From Armatimonadota bacterium (lineage in GTDB: Bacteria > Armatimonadota > Fimbriimonadia > Fimbriimonadales > GBS-DC), in the NCBI GenBank assembly GCA_037445735.1, contig JBBIJY010000014.1, forward strand, positions 20,297 to 84,296: a stretch of DNA of 64,000 nucleotides. The letters run 5' to 3'. The translations under genes were made by a program, and so were the position numbers. This document shows, in pieces, positions 22,303-32,106 of the stretch (the stretch's first letter is position 1; each line of letters opens with the position of its first letter). The notes beneath the pieces were generated by a model. The model did no database searches and was not told the origin of the DNA. It saw nothing but the letters and a program-made list of their open reading frames with translations.

Positions 22303-23403
22303 TCACGGCTTCTGTTGCGCCCGGCGGAACCTGGCGAGTCGTTCCTCGATCTCGCGCTTGAGTTCATCGGGTATACCGCTCTGCTCCTTCAGCAGGGCGA
22401 CCGCCTTCTCCTGATAGCGAATCGCCTCCTCCACTTTGCCCTGCTTGAACAGCGCGTAGGCGAGCGTGTCCAGAATGAACGGGTCCTTCTCGTTCGTCAG
22501 TTGCACGGCGCGTCGGGCGATTTCGACGGCGAGCGCGTAGTCGGGCGACTTGAGCGGTCGCTCGGTGTTGTCCTCCACGATGCTCCACGCCAGCATGTTG
22601 AGCGCGCCGGGATTGTTTTTGAACTCGCTGTTTGCCAGCTGACGCGCCAGCGCATAGGCTTTCGGCTCATCCACATAGAGCAGAATCTCGTAGCGTGTCA
22701 GCATGAATGTTGTTTTGTAGGCGGGGTAGCGCTTTTCAGCTTGCTGGAGCGTCTTCAGCGCGTCGGCGTACTTCTTCTGCTGGCGCAGGGTTTGCACGCG
22801 CCGCATGAGTTGACCCACCGCGGCTTCATCGCGCTCGCGTGCCTGGCGCTCCTTCGCAACCTGTTGCCAGTTGAACCTGCCTGCGAGCACCTGCTCCAGT
22901 ACCTGCTCCAGCTCCGCCATCGGGTGCCCAATCCACACGATGCGCCCGCGCTGGTCGATGACAAATGCGGTGGGGATGCCGTTCTGACCGGCGGCGGTCA
23001 TCCACGCCTTTGCCACCGTGCCCTGAGGGTCATCCACCGCGACGGTGTAGTCCATCTTCTCGCCCATCTCGCGCACGAACTGCTCCACGCGCGGGATGTA
23101 ATCATCGCTGGTGCTGCCCCGTGGGTTCTCCCAGATGCTGACGCCCACAAAGGTTACCTTGCCCGCGAACTTTCTGGCGAGTTCCGTCAGGTGCGGGATC
23201 GACTGCCGACAGGGACCGCACCAGGTCGCCCAGAACTCGACCACATAGACCCTGCCAGGTTCGAATTGCTGTACCGGGTCGCCCTTGATCCAGCGGGCAA
23301 CTTTGAGCGGGGGCGCCTTATCGCCCTCTTTGAGCGTTGCCTGCGCCCACAGCGCGGGCATCAGGCACAGCAGCAGACCGAGACTCCACCCGAGATGTCG
23401 CAT
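22303..23403 (-). CDS. TlpA-family thiol-disulfide oxidoreductase with C-terminal TPR
   Basis: Signal peptide, [25 protein letters not shown]. Confidence 0.85.
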   Translation of the reverse strand: MRHLGWSLGLLLCLMPALWAQATLKEGDKAPPLKVARWIKGDPVQQFEPGRVYVVEFWATWCGPCRQSIPHLTELARKFAGKVTFVGVSIWENPRGSTSDDYIPRVEQFVREMGEKMDYTVAVDDPQGTVAKAWMTAAGQNGIPTAFVIDQRGRIVWIGHPMAELEQVLEQVLAGRFNWQQVAKERQARERDEAAVGQLMRRVQTLRQQKKYADALKTLQQAEKRYPAYKTTFMLTRYEILLYVDEPKAYALARQLANSEFKNNPGALNMLAWSIVEDNTERPLKSPDYALAVEIARRAVQLTNEKDPFILDTLAYALFKQGKVEEAIRYQEKAVALLKEQSGIPDELKREIEERLARFRRAQQKP

Positions 23404-23424
23404 CGGTTCACCTCCACGCTTTCA

Positions 23425-24321
23425 CTATACCCGACGATGCCGCTCCAGAAACGCCTGCAGGGCGGTGATGTCGCCCTGCTGAAGCCATTCGTGGATTTGT
23501 TGCAGGTGTGTTTGCAGGCGTTGCAGGAGGGGCGACAGCGCGTCGCGATTGAGCATCAGTAGTTCCGCCCAGAGCGCGGGGTCACTGCCAGCCACGCGCG
23601 TGGCGTCGCGCCAGCTGCTACCGCCCGACAGCTGAGAGGGATTCTCGTTTTGCAACGCCATCAGGCTGAACGCGATGCAATGGGGCAGGAAGCTGAGCAA
23701 CGCGAACTCGCGATCGTGCTGTTGGGCGTCCATCCGCATGGGGTTTGCCCTCAGCTGGCGCACGAACGCTTCCACCTGCTGGAGGGCGTCGGCGTCGGTG
23801 CGCGGGATGGGCGTCAGCACCCATATGGCGTCTTTGAACAGGTCAGCTCGCGCGGCGTGCAACCCGCTCCGCTCCGTGCCTGCAATCGGATGCCCGCCCA
23901 CAAATCGTTCTGGATAAGGCAGGCTCGCCTGCGCCCACGCCAGCACGGGCGCTTTCACGCTCGCCACATCGGTCAGCACAGTGGCGGGTTTCAGATGGGG
24001 CGCCAGCGCCTGAAAGCAATCGGGCATCGCGCCAGGCGGGGTCGCCAGCACAATCAGGTCGGCATCGGCGCACGCCTGAAGCGCGTTGCAGGGACGGTCA
24101 ATCACGCCCTGCGCCTGCGCGGCGGCGAGCGTGTCGGGGTCGATATCGTAGCCGCTTACTTCTAACCCCTCATCGGAACCGTTGCCTTCCCTCTCACCCG
24201 TACCCTCTCCCCCAAAGGGGGAGAGGGCTTTCTGAACCCTCTCACCCCAGAGGGGGTTGGCTTTTGCAGCCAGTCCGATGGAGGCGCCGATGCTGCCCAG
24301 CCCGATAATGCACAGGCGCAT
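23425..24321 (-). CDS. tyrA: Prephenate/arogenate dehydrogenase with in-frame REP-derived insertion
   Basis: IIGLGSIGAS, TDVASVK, GGHPIAGTE, SFLPH, RDATRVA. Confidence 0.9.
   Translation of the reverse strand: MRLCIIGLGSIGASIGLAAKANPLWGERVQKALSPFGGEGTGEREGNGSDEGLEVSGYDIDPDTLAAAQAQGVIDRPCNALQACADADLIVLATPPGAMPDCFQALAPHLKPATVLTDVASVKAPVLAWAQASLPYPERFVGGHPIAGTERSGLHAARADLFKDAIWVLTPIPRTDADALQQVEAFVRQLRANPMRMDAQQHDREFALLSFLPHCIAFSLMALQNENPSQLSGGSSWRDATRVAGSDPALWAELLMLNRDALSPLLQRLQTHLQQIHEWLQQGDITALQAFLERHRRV
24189..24259. repeat. REP-like element inside tyrA
   Basis: ctcacccgtaccctctcccccaaagggggagaggg...ccctctcaccccagaggggg. Confidence 0.8.
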
Positions 24322-24324
24322 TTT

Positions 24325-25281
24325 TCAGCGGATGTTCTGGTACACACCCATCTGGCGGAATCGCTGGTAGCGTTGCTCGCGCAGGGCATCGGGCGAGAGC
24401 GCGCTCAATTCGTCCAGCTGCTGGAGCACGGCGGTGCGAACGCTGAGCGCGGTGGTCTGCGGGTCGCGATGGGCGGCGCCGAGCGGTTCGGGAATAATCA
24501 GATCGATCAATCCCATCTGCAGGGCGTCTTCGGCGGTCAGGCGCAGCGCTTCGGCTGCCTGCGCCGCGCGGTTCGGGTCGCGCCACAGGATGGCTGCGCA
24601 GCCTTCGGGCGGAATCACCGAGTAGATGGCGTGTTCCAGCATCAGCACGCGATTGGTCGCCGCCAGCGCGATTGCGCCGCCGCTGCCCCCCTCGCCCAGA
24701 ATGACCGACACGGTGGGCACGGTGAGATCGAACAGCGTCAGCATCGAGCGGGCAATCGCCTCGCTGATGCCCCGCGCCTCCGATTCGACGCCCGGATCGG
24801 CAGCGGGCGTATCGACCAGCGTCAGCACGGGCAGGCGGAACTTCTCGGCGAGCTGGAACATCCGCATCGCCTTGCGGTAGCCTTCGGGCTTTGCCATGCC
24901 GAAGTTGCGCCGCTGGCGCTCCTTCAGGTCGCGCCCCTTCTGCTGACCCACCACAACCAGCCGATAGCGTCCCAGCCGCGCCAGCCCCGCCACAATCGCA
25001 GGGTCATCAAAGCCCAGACGGTCGCCATGCAGCTCCAGAAATTGCTCACACATCAATCGGATATAGTCCATCGCATACGGTCGTTTGGGATGGCGGGCCA
25101 GCAGCACCTTGTCCCACGGCTTCAGGTGCGCGAAAATCTGGCGCAGGAGCCGTTCACGCTGGCTTTCCAGCTCGGCAATCTCTTTCGAGCGGTCCAGCCC
25201 CTTCTCGGCTGCCAGCCGCCGCAGCTCCTCGATGGCGTTCTCCAGCTCGGTGATGGGCTTCTCAAAATCGAAGATGGTCAT
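24325..25281 (-). CDS. accA: Acetyl-CoA carboxylase carboxyltransferase alpha subunit
   Basis: FDFEKPI, ARHPKRP, ELHGDR, RNFGM, PEGYRKA, GEGGSGGA, PEGCAAILW. Confidence 0.95.
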   Translation of the reverse strand: MTIFDFEKPITELENAIEELRRLAAEKGLDRSKEIAELESQRERLLRQIFAHLKPWDKVLLARHPKRPYAMDYIRLMCEQFLELHGDRLGFDDPAIVAGLARLGRYRLVVVGQQKGRDLKERQRRNFGMAKPEGYRKAMRMFQLAEKFRLPVLTLVDTPAADPGVESEARGISEAIARSMLTLFDLTVPTVSVILGEGGSGGAIALAATNRVLMLEHAIYSVIPPEGCAAILWRDPNRAAQAAEALRLTAEDALQMGLIDLIIPEPLGAAHRDPQTTALSVRTAVLQQLDELSALSPDALREQRYQRFRQMGVYQNIR

Positions 25282-26096
25282 GGTCGCCCTCCCGCGTCGC
25301 TCTGGAGCATTTCCAGCAGGTAGATGAGCGTGGGGCGCACCTGACGGCGCGGCACGATGAGGTCGATCATGCCATGTTCGTGCTGGAACTCGGCGGTCTG
25401 GAAGTTCGCGGGCGTTTTGCCGACGCTGGCTTGCGCGGCGACCCGCTGACCGGCGAAGCCGACCAGTGCGCCCGGCTCGGCGAGAATCACATCGGCAAGC
25501 GAGGCGAAGCTGGCTAACACGCCCGCCATCGTCGGATCGGTGAACACCGCCAGGTAGGGCAGTCCTGCACGATGGTGGCGGGCGACGGCAGCGGTGGTTT
25601 TCGCCATCTGCATCAATGAAATCAGCCCTTCCTGCATGCGCGCCCCGCCCGATGCGCAGAACATCAGCACGGGGCACCGCTCATCAACCGCGCGTTCGAA
25701 GCAGCGCACCACCTTCTCGCCCACCACTGACCCCATGCTGCCACCCATGAAGGCGAAATCCATCACGCCCAGCACGACGGGCAGGCCGCCAATCTGCGCT
25801 GTGCCCGTGACGATAGCCTCCTGCTCGCCCGTCGCCTGCCGCCCTTTTGCTAACTTGTCGGGATAGTCGGGAAAGGCGAGCGGGTCGTTGGAAATGAGTT
25901 CGGCATCCATCTCCACGAAGCTGTCGGGGTCCACCGTGATGGCGATTCGCTCGCGGGCGCGCAGGCGGTGATGATGCCCGCAGTGGCTGCAGACCCGCAG
26001 CGCGCGCTCAAAGTCGTTTTTAAAAAGAATCTTTTTGCATCTGGCGCACTGCACCCACTGCTCCGCGTTGATCTGCACAGCCGCTCGCCGTTGCAT
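25278..26096 (-). CDS. accD: Acetyl-CoA carboxylase carboxyltransferase beta subunit
   Basis: CxxC...CxxC zinc ribbon, FMGGSMG, SGGARMQEG, LMQMAK. Confidence 0.95.
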   Translation of the reverse strand: MQRRAAVQINAEQWVQCARCKKILFKNDFERALRVCSHCGHHHRLRARERIAITVDPDSFVEMDAELISNDPLAFPDYPDKLAKGRQATGEQEAIVTGTAQIGGLPVVLGVMDFAFMGGSMGSVVGEKVVRCFERAVDERCPVLMFCASGGARMQEGLISLMQMAKTTAAVARHHRAGLPYLAVFTDPTMAGVLASFASLADVILAEPGALVGFAGQRVAAQASVGKTPANFQTAEFQHEHGMIDLIVPRRQVRPTLIYLLEMLQSDAGGRP

Positions 26097-26106
26097 GGCG
26101 GTGATT

Positions 26107-26538
26107 TTACCTGACAGGTCGCTTGGGCGGGATGGGCTGTCCGTGCGGGCAGGTCTCAGGCTCGTTCATCAGGCGGGCGATGCGGTCTTCGAACTCTTCG
26201 GAGATGTGATGCTCCAGTCGTTCGGCTTCAGCATGAGCCGCTTCGGGGCTGAAGCCGAGATGCTCGCACAGGTAGCGCTCCAGCAGGCGGTGATGGCGCA
26301 CGATCTCTTCGGCGTAGGCGCGTCCCTGCTCGGTCAGGCGCACGCCCCGATACGGCTGATGGCGCACCAGCCCCTGCTGTGCCAGCGATTTGCACATCTG
26401 CGATACTGCCGCAGGCGTGCAAGCCAGATGCTGTGCCAGCGCGGTCGTGCTGACAGGTTCCCCACCCTCGGACAGGCGCAGGATCGCCTTCAGATAGTCC
26501 TCCACCGAGACATTCCCACCAATTTTGCGATTCACCAA
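26107..26538 (-). CDS. DtxR/MntR-family metal-dependent regulator
   Basis: EDYLKAI, RHHRLLERYL, EAERLEHHIS, CPHGQPIP. Confidence 0.9.
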   Translation of the reverse strand: MVNRKIGGNVSVEDYLKAILRLSEGGEPVSTTALAQHLACTPAAVSQMCKSLAQQGLVRHQPYRGVRLTEQGRAYAEEIVRHHRLLERYLCEHLGFSPEAAHAEAERLEHHISEEFEDRIARLMNEPETCPHGQPIPPKRPVR

Positions 26539-26588
26539 CAGGAATTATACCCGACCTGTAGTATAACCCCATTTGTGGGAGGCGAACG

Positions 26589-27398
26589 ATGCGCCAGAGA
26601 GCCTTTACCTTGATTGAGTTGCTGGTTGTGATAGCAATCATCGCCATTTTAGCGGCGATGCTGTTCCCGGTGTTCGCGCAATCGCGCGAATCGGCGCGTC
26701 AGGTGGTCTGCATGAGCAACCTGAAGCAGATTGGCAGCGCGATGCGGCTCTATCTCACCGATTACGACGAGATGTGGTTCCCCGCCTTCACCAGCGAGCG
26801 ATTGCCTGGCTATCCGAACCCTTACAAGCCGTGGCTGGGGTTCGACACCACCAACGCGGCACCGATCGGCTGTTTCTATGGCGACACCACCCAGCCCGCG
26901 CGCCGACCGCCCCGAACAGGCATTATTGACCCCTATCTGAAAGATGAGGGGGTCAAACGCTGTCCCAGCATGCCCTCGATGTGGCAGACCGCGTATGTCA
27001 TCAACTGGTTCCACTCAAACTATAACTCGCCCTACTATGCGCGCAACCCCAACGCGCGGGGCAACGAATACAGCCCCGCGGTCAAGCAATTTAACTCGTT
27101 CAACTGCACCTGTCTGCCCGCGCCCGACGCGGAGGTGGAGGAGCCGTCTCGCACGCTGATGATGTGGGAGCATGGCTATCGCACGCCGCTGTGCAACTGG
27201 CTTCAGCAGGCGGACTGGCCGCTGCGCGGGCTGGAGTGGCAGCAGGGTCCGCCGCGCATTCCCGCCTATATGGACCACTTCCATTTCCTGCATCGTGCGG
27301 GCGCCAGCACGCTCTGGGCGGATGGACACGCGCGACGGATGCTCTATGACCAGCTGCGCCGCCCGATGTTCTCCGCTAAAAAGAGCATCTATCAATAA
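26589..27398 (+). CDS. Prepilin-type N-terminal cleavage/methylation, DUF1559/H-X9-DG family protein
   Basis: [39 protein letters not shown]. Confidence 0.9.
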   Translation: MRQRAFTLIELLVVIAIIAILAAMLFPVFAQSRESARQVVCMSNLKQIGSAMRLYLTDYDEMWFPAFTSERLPGYPNPYKPWLGFDTTNAAPIGCFYGDTTQPARRPPRTGIIDPYLKDEGVKRCPSMPSMWQTAYVINWFHSNYNSPYYARNPNARGNEYSPAVKQFNSFNCTCLPAPDAEVEEPSRTLMMWEHGYRTPLCNWLQQADWPLRGLEWQQGPPRIPAYMDHFHFLHRAGASTLWADGHARRMLYDQLRRPMFSAKKSIYQ

Positions 27399-27400
27399 GC

Positions 27401-27436
27401 AAAAGCCCCCGCCTCGCTGCTAAGGGAGACGGGGGC
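27401..27436 (-). terminator. Intrinsic terminator between convergent genes
   Basis: gcccccg...cgggggc stem flanked by AAAA, which is a U-tract on the minus strand. Confidence 0.5.
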
Positions 27437-27458
27437 ACAAGCGCGGCTCGCAACCCGC

Positions 27459-28121
27459 TTATGATTTACGCCGACGCAGGCGCAGGAAGCCTGCCAGACC
27501 CGCGCCTAACGCCAGCAGGCTCGCCGGCTCCGGCACCGCGTAGCGGAACAGAATCATGTCATATGGCTGTTGCAGGCGTGAGCCGGGAATATTTTGCCAG
27601 ATTGGGGTTAGAGCAGGCATGCCGCCATAATTGGTGGGCAAGCCGAATCCGGCGAGGGCGGTGCCTGCAACCGCTGGCGACCACGCATTGCTGCTGTTGG
27701 CAGCAGCAATCCAGCTGCTCACGGTCGACTGGTTCGGCATATAGTAGTCGTTTGGCGGCGGATAGTTGCCAATCCACACCGCTTCCCAGCCGCTGCCAGG
27801 AGTGATGGGCACATAGGGACCGCTTCCTATCTTCACATAGCCGCCCAGTCCCCAAACGGCTGCCCCGATGTCCCGGGCGACTACATACAGGTAGTCGGTC
27901 GTGCCGGCGCTGAAGGTGTAGTTGGCGGCGGTACCCCAGCCCAGAACTCCGCCGATGTAGGTCAGCGACGCACCTGAAGCATCACCCACATACAGGTCGT
28001 ACTGGTCGTCAGCCGACATCCATACATTCAGACCCACGGCGTGCAGAGCCGAGAGGCTCAGCGTTAGCGCAATCAACAATCCCGCAACTTTGAGCCGCAC
28101 ACCTGTGTTGGTTCGGTTCAT
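27459..28121 (-). CDS. PEP-CTERM sorting-domain surface protein
   Basis: Signal peptide; C-terminal VPEPASLLALGAGLAGFLRLRRRKS; GAGGAGG RBS. Confidence 0.9.
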   Translation of the reverse strand: MNRTNTGVRLKVAGLLIALTLSLSALHAVGLNVWMSADDQYDLYVGDASGASLTYIGGVLGWGTAANYTFSAGTTDYLYVVARDIGAAVWGLGGYVKIGSGPYVPITPGSGWEAVWIGNYPPPNDYYMPNQSTVSSWIAAANSSNAWSPAVAGTALAGFGLPTNYGGMPALTPIWQNIPGSRLQQPYDMILFRYAVPEPASLLALGAGLAGFLRLRRRKS

Positions 28122-28221
28122 CTCATAGACCTCCTCTTTGTTATACCACATGGCTGACAAAAAAATGGCTGACAAAAAAGTCAAGGCCCCCGTTCGGTTC
28201 ATCTCATAGACCTCCTCTTTG
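28111..28221. repeat. 30-bp direct repeat (RBS plus first codons) enclosing a 2x15-bp tandem repeat
   Basis: gttcggttcatctcatagacctcctctttg at 28111-28140 and 28192-28221; atggctgacaaaaaa x2 at 28150-28179. Confidence 0.9.
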
Positions 28222-28365
28222 GTGATAGGACCCACCCCATGTGCTTGCAGGTGCGTCCGATATACAGCCTGTAAAGCAACTTTCATGCCAGAGCCGACAG
28301 GCACGAGCGCCTACTCTTTAAATGACTCGAAAAACCCCCAGAAGCGGACATCGAAGAGGTCGAAA

Positions 28366-29691
28366 TCAGGCGTGTCGCCTGCGCTGAATAACGCCCAAAA
28401 TTAGGGCGAGCGCGCACAGCCAGGGCAGATAGTCGCCCAGCAGGGTATAGAGCGTGCCGCTGGGCGCGATACGCACCGTCGCCGTCAGCACAGTCGGCTC
28501 CATCTCTGGCGATTCCGCGACCACACGACCTACCCGATTGACAATCAACGAAACAGCCCTGCTTTCTGACCGCACAATCGGCACTCGATGCTCTGCGGCA
28601 CGAATGGTATGGATGGCGCCATGCAGATGATGAAACGCCAGATTGCCAGCAGTCGGATCATAAGTGGGCACGCCAATCAGCACCACACGCTTCTGGCACA
28701 GCTGGCGCACCGTGTCGGTAAACATCGTATCGTAGCAGATGGCGGCGCCCACAGGTCCGAATGGCGTCAGCAAAGGCTCCGCTTGCGTGCCCGGAATAGA
28801 GTTCTCACCAATGTAAGGGTGCATCTTGTGATAGGGTTGAGTCATTCTACCACCGGGGAAAGCGACCGCGGCGCAGTTGTAGTCGCCACTCCCAAACGCA
28901 ACCATCACCGGGATACCCATCTGTTGCGTCAGCGGCACTGCCTCCCATTCAGCAATCGATAGCTCTGGTATCACGGCGAACTGCGCTCCCGATTGACGAA
29001 CCTGCTGAATCAGCACGGGATCGGTGGGTTCACCCTGCACAGCAGCGACGCGCAGGGCTGTCCCGCGCGATTCGCTCCACCATGCTGCGATCGCGCCCAG
29101 CAGGTGAATCGCTGCCACTATCAGCAGCATGGCTGTGAGGGCGGGCGTCCACCGCCGCATCGCGAGTGCGTAGCCCAGCGCGCCCCAGCCACCCCAGAGC
29201 AAAAGCGACAACCCCCAGGCGCCCGTCACCATCGCCAGCTGCAGAAAGGGCACATCGCGCCAGACCGCCAGCGCCACATGGAACGGGATAAACACGCTGC
29301 CAACCAGATATTCCAGCAGTGTGCCCGCCGCGCCTATGAGCAGGACGGCTCGCAGCCGCGATAGATCACCCACATCACGCGCAATCAGCCCCACCACGCC
29401 CACCGCCAGACCATAAATCAGGAAGGGTAGAGCCTCCACCAGCCGTTGAAACTCCAGCACGAACCCCATCACTGTCAGCCCTGCAAGCCAGCCGTGCAGC
29501 AGCCCCATCAAGAGCACCATCAGACGCGGCATTACCCAGAGGGCAGCAAAGAAAGGGGCGAGCGCAACGAAGGCAAGGGGCAGGTCATGAGGTGGCAGAG
29601 ACACCCCCATCAAGAATCCACTCAGCACCACTTCCAGCGTCGCTGTTAGCCAATCGACCGCTTGCTTGCGCGTTACAATCGTCGCCATCAT
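28366..29691 (-). CDS. lnt: Apolipoprotein N-acyltransferase-like protein
   Basis: Multi-TM N-terminus and nitrilase domain: VIPE, YHKMHP, AICYD, IRAAEHRVPIVR, TLYTLLGD. Confidence 0.7.
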   Translation of the reverse strand: MMATIVTRKQAVDWLTATLEVVLSGFLMGVSLPPHDLPLAFVALAPFFAALWVMPRLMVLLMGLLHGWLAGLTVMGFVLEFQRLVEALPFLIYGLAVGVVGLIARDVGDLSRLRAVLLIGAAGTLLEYLVGSVFIPFHVALAVWRDVPFLQLAMVTGAWGLSLLLWGGWGALGYALAMRRWTPALTAMLLIVAAIHLLGAIAAWWSESRGTALRVAAVQGEPTDPVLIQQVRQSGAQFAVIPELSIAEWEAVPLTQQMGIPVMVAFGSGDYNCAAVAFPGGRMTQPYHKMHPYIGENSIPGTQAEPLLTPFGPVGAAICYDTMFTDTVRQLCQKRVVLIGVPTYDPTAGNLAFHHLHGAIHTIRAAEHRVPIVRSESRAVSLIVNRVGRVVAESPEMEPTVLTATVRIAPSGTLYTLLGDYLPWLCALALILGVIQRRRHA

Positions 29692-29724
29692 GGAAAGTAT
29701 ACGCTCCTTTCTCCCAATCGCCTG

Positions 29725-29976
29725 CAACAACCGCTGCGGCTGGCAGCTTATTTGCGACAGGCAGGTGTAGAGGTGCTCCATACCACCGAGATGCCTCTGG
29801 GCAACCGCACGCCTGACGAAGCCATCAAACAGGTATCGGTCCTACAGGAGTATGTGGTGGTGACCAAAGATAGCGATTTCGTGGACAATCTGCTACTGCA
29901 TGGCAATGTTTACAAGTTGCTTTTAGTCAGCAGGCGATTCTTGAGGCTTTATCGGGGGCGCAGTTTGTGGAACTGA
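29725..29976 (+). pseudogene. Fragment of a DUF5615/PIN-like toxin
   Basis: RLAAYLRQAG.EVLHT...TPDEAI...VVVTKDSDF; the expected N-terminal (F/L)xD motif is missing and the C-terminus degenerates. Confidence 0.55.
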
Positions 29977-30066
29977 CGCGCACGGGTTTGATGATTCACT
30001 GGTAGGATGGCTCTTTGGGGGCCGGGTACACTGCGCGGCGATGATGTACGCACCGCTAATCAAACC

Positions 30067-31656
30067 TCAGTGACCCTTCCGCAGGATTCTGCCAGCGCGG
30101 TTGCCAGTGAACTGCCCGTCGCGCAGCACCCAGCGCCCGTTGAGGATGAGATGCACCACGCCTTCGGACAGCTGATGCGGCTCGCGGAAGGTGGCACGGT
30201 CGGCGATGCGGGCATCATCGAACACCACTATGTCGGCATATGCGCCTGGATGCAGGGTGCCGCGATCCGTGAGTCCCAGTCGGGCAGCGGGCAAACCTGT
30301 CATTTTGAAGATGGCTTCTTGCAGGGTCAGCAGTCGCTCTTCGCGCACATAGCGTCGGATCACGCGCGGGAAAGTGCCATAACTGCGCGGGTGAGGGCGT
30401 TCCGCGCTCATCTTCTGCGGGTCATAGCCGACACCATCGGAGCCAATCATCGTGAGCGGGTAGCGCAGCACCGTGCGCAGGTCATCCTCACTCAGATTGA
30501 AGCAGGCGACGCCCACATAGAGACCATGCTCCAGCAGCAGGTCAATCACGAACTCTTCGGGCGATTGATTGGCAGCGGCGGCGGCTTCCGCAACGGTCAG
30601 CCCCTGCAGGGATCGATTGCCTGCCACTGAGCCAATCATGATGCTGTTCCAGTCGTCGTGCCGCTCGCGCATCTCCTGCACGATGCGTTCGCGGGTTGCG
30701 GGGTCGCGCAGGCGCTCGTACACTGCCTGTGGCTCGCCGTTCAGTACCCAGCTTGGCAGGCAGGCGACGCCCATCGAAGTCTGGTACGCCGTGTAGGGGT
30801 AGACATCGAGCATCACATCCAGCCCCTGCTTGACCGAATCGGAGACCCTCTGCAGCGTTTGCTTGACCTTGCCCCAGTTGGCGCGTCCTTCGGCTTTGTG
30901 GTGCGATAGCTGCAGGGGCAGTTCGGCGCGTTCGGCAATCTCGATGGCTTCCGCCACGCTCTCAATCAGGTGGTCGCCCTCGCTGCGCAGGTGGGTGGCG
31001 TAGAACCCGCCGTACTGCGCCGCGACCGTCGCCAGCTCAATCAGCTCCTGCGTGTCGGCGTAGCAGCCGGGCACATACTCCAGCCCGGTGGAGAGTCCCC
31101 ACGCGCCCGCCTCCATGCAGGTCGCCACCTCACGCTTCATCGCTTCGAGTTCGGCAGGCGTGGGACGACGCTGGTCGAAGCCCATCACTTTCTTGCGCAG
31201 TGTGCCATGCGCACACAGGAAAATCACATTGGTGCCGACGCCGCGCTCTTCCAGCTGGCGCAGATGCTCGTCGAAACTGTTCCAGTTGACCTCCGCACCG
31301 TAGGGCTTGAGCCAGCGCTGCTCCTGCTGGAAGATGGGGGTGGTGTCGGTTTGAGCGACACCCAGCCCGCAGTTGCCGACCACCTGCGTGCCCACCCCCT
31401 GATACAGCACGCTCAGCTGTTCAGGATGGTGCGGCAGGGAGAAGTCGGAATGCGTGTGGATGTCGATGAAGGCGGGCGCCACGCATAGACCCGCCACATC
31501 CACCACCATGCCCGCCTCCCAGTCGTCCAGCGCGCCCATCGCGACGATTCGGTCGTCCCGAATGGCAATATCTCCCCGCTGAGCGGGCGCGCCTGTGCCG
31601 TCATAGAGCGTGCCACCGCGCAGCAGGAGGTCGCAACGCCGATGAACCAGTTGCAT
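30067..31656 (-). CDS. N-acyl-D-amino-acid deacylase (amidohydrolase)
   Basis: PAFIDIHTHSD, GNCG, GLSTGLEY, THLRSE, SHHK, GSDG, HPRSYGTFPR. Confidence 0.9.
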   Translation of the reverse strand: MQLVHRRCDLLLRGGTLYDGTGAPAQRGDIAIRDDRIVAMGALDDWEAGMVVDVAGLCVAPAFIDIHTHSDFSLPHHPEQLSVLYQGVGTQVVGNCGLGVAQTDTTPIFQQEQRWLKPYGAEVNWNSFDEHLRQLEERGVGTNVIFLCAHGTLRKKVMGFDQRRPTPAELEAMKREVATCMEAGAWGLSTGLEYVPGCYADTQELIELATVAAQYGGFYATHLRSEGDHLIESVAEAIEIAERAELPLQLSHHKAEGRANWGKVKQTLQRVSDSVKQGLDVMLDVYPYTAYQTSMGVACLPSWVLNGEPQAVYERLRDPATRERIVQEMRERHDDWNSIMIGSVAGNRSLQGLTVAEAAAAANQSPEEFVIDLLLEHGLYVGVACFNLSEDDLRTVLRYPLTMIGSDGVGYDPQKMSAERPHPRSYGTFPRVIRRYVREERLLTLQEAIFKMTGLPAARLGLTDRGTLHPGAYADIVVFDDARIADRATFREPHQLSEGVVHLILNGRWVLRDGQFTGNRAGRILRKGH

Positions 31657-31689
31657 AGAGAGCAGGATACCCCACCTGTGAAGCGGGAA

Positions 31690-32106
31690 TCAACCCTGCA
31701 CACAGCGCAGGTGAACCCAGCCGCGGTTGGCATCGCGGGTGATGGGTTCGCCGACGGCAATCGTCTGGCGGCAGATGCGGCAGAAGCCCTCATAGCGGGC
31801 GGGGATACTGTGCTGAACGGGAGCGTTCATGCAGTCCACATGCACCCAGCGCCCACTTCGAGCGTGGCGCGTGATCAGCGCACCCTGTTGAATCGGTTGC
31901 AGGCAGGCGGGGCAGGTGCCCTCATAGCGAGCAAAGAGCAGCGGTGCACCCGCTTCCAGCAACTGCTCGTGTTGCTCCGTCAACAGGGCGAGCAGCTCAC
32001 TGGCAAGGAGATCGATCTCTATAACCGACTCGTTCGATACGCGCGGAGGCGACTGATCTGGTTTGCCCTGCTCGACCCAGCGGCGATTTTCCGGGATTGG
32101 CTTCAT
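31690..32106 (-). CDS. Small protein with two tandem CxxC...HxxC zinc-finger-like repeats (gene 4 of the ubiquitination-like operon)
   Basis: ARYEGTCPAC...WVHVDC and ARYEGFCRIC...WVHLRC; ATGA overlap with the E1 stop. Confidence 0.75.
   Translation of the reverse strand: MKPIPENRRWVEQGKPDQSPPRVSNESVIEIDLLASELLALLTEQHEQLLEAGAPLLFARYEGTCPACLQPIQQGALITRHARSGRWVHVDCMNAPVQHSIPARYEGFCRICRQTIAVGEPITRDANRGWVHLRCVQG

Noticed and set aside
30067-31656. D-aminoacylase as a member of the ubiquitination-like system
   Set aside because: Same strand and only 33 nt away, but it is an ordinary widespread enzyme; membership needs cross-genome co-occurrence that I cannot test.
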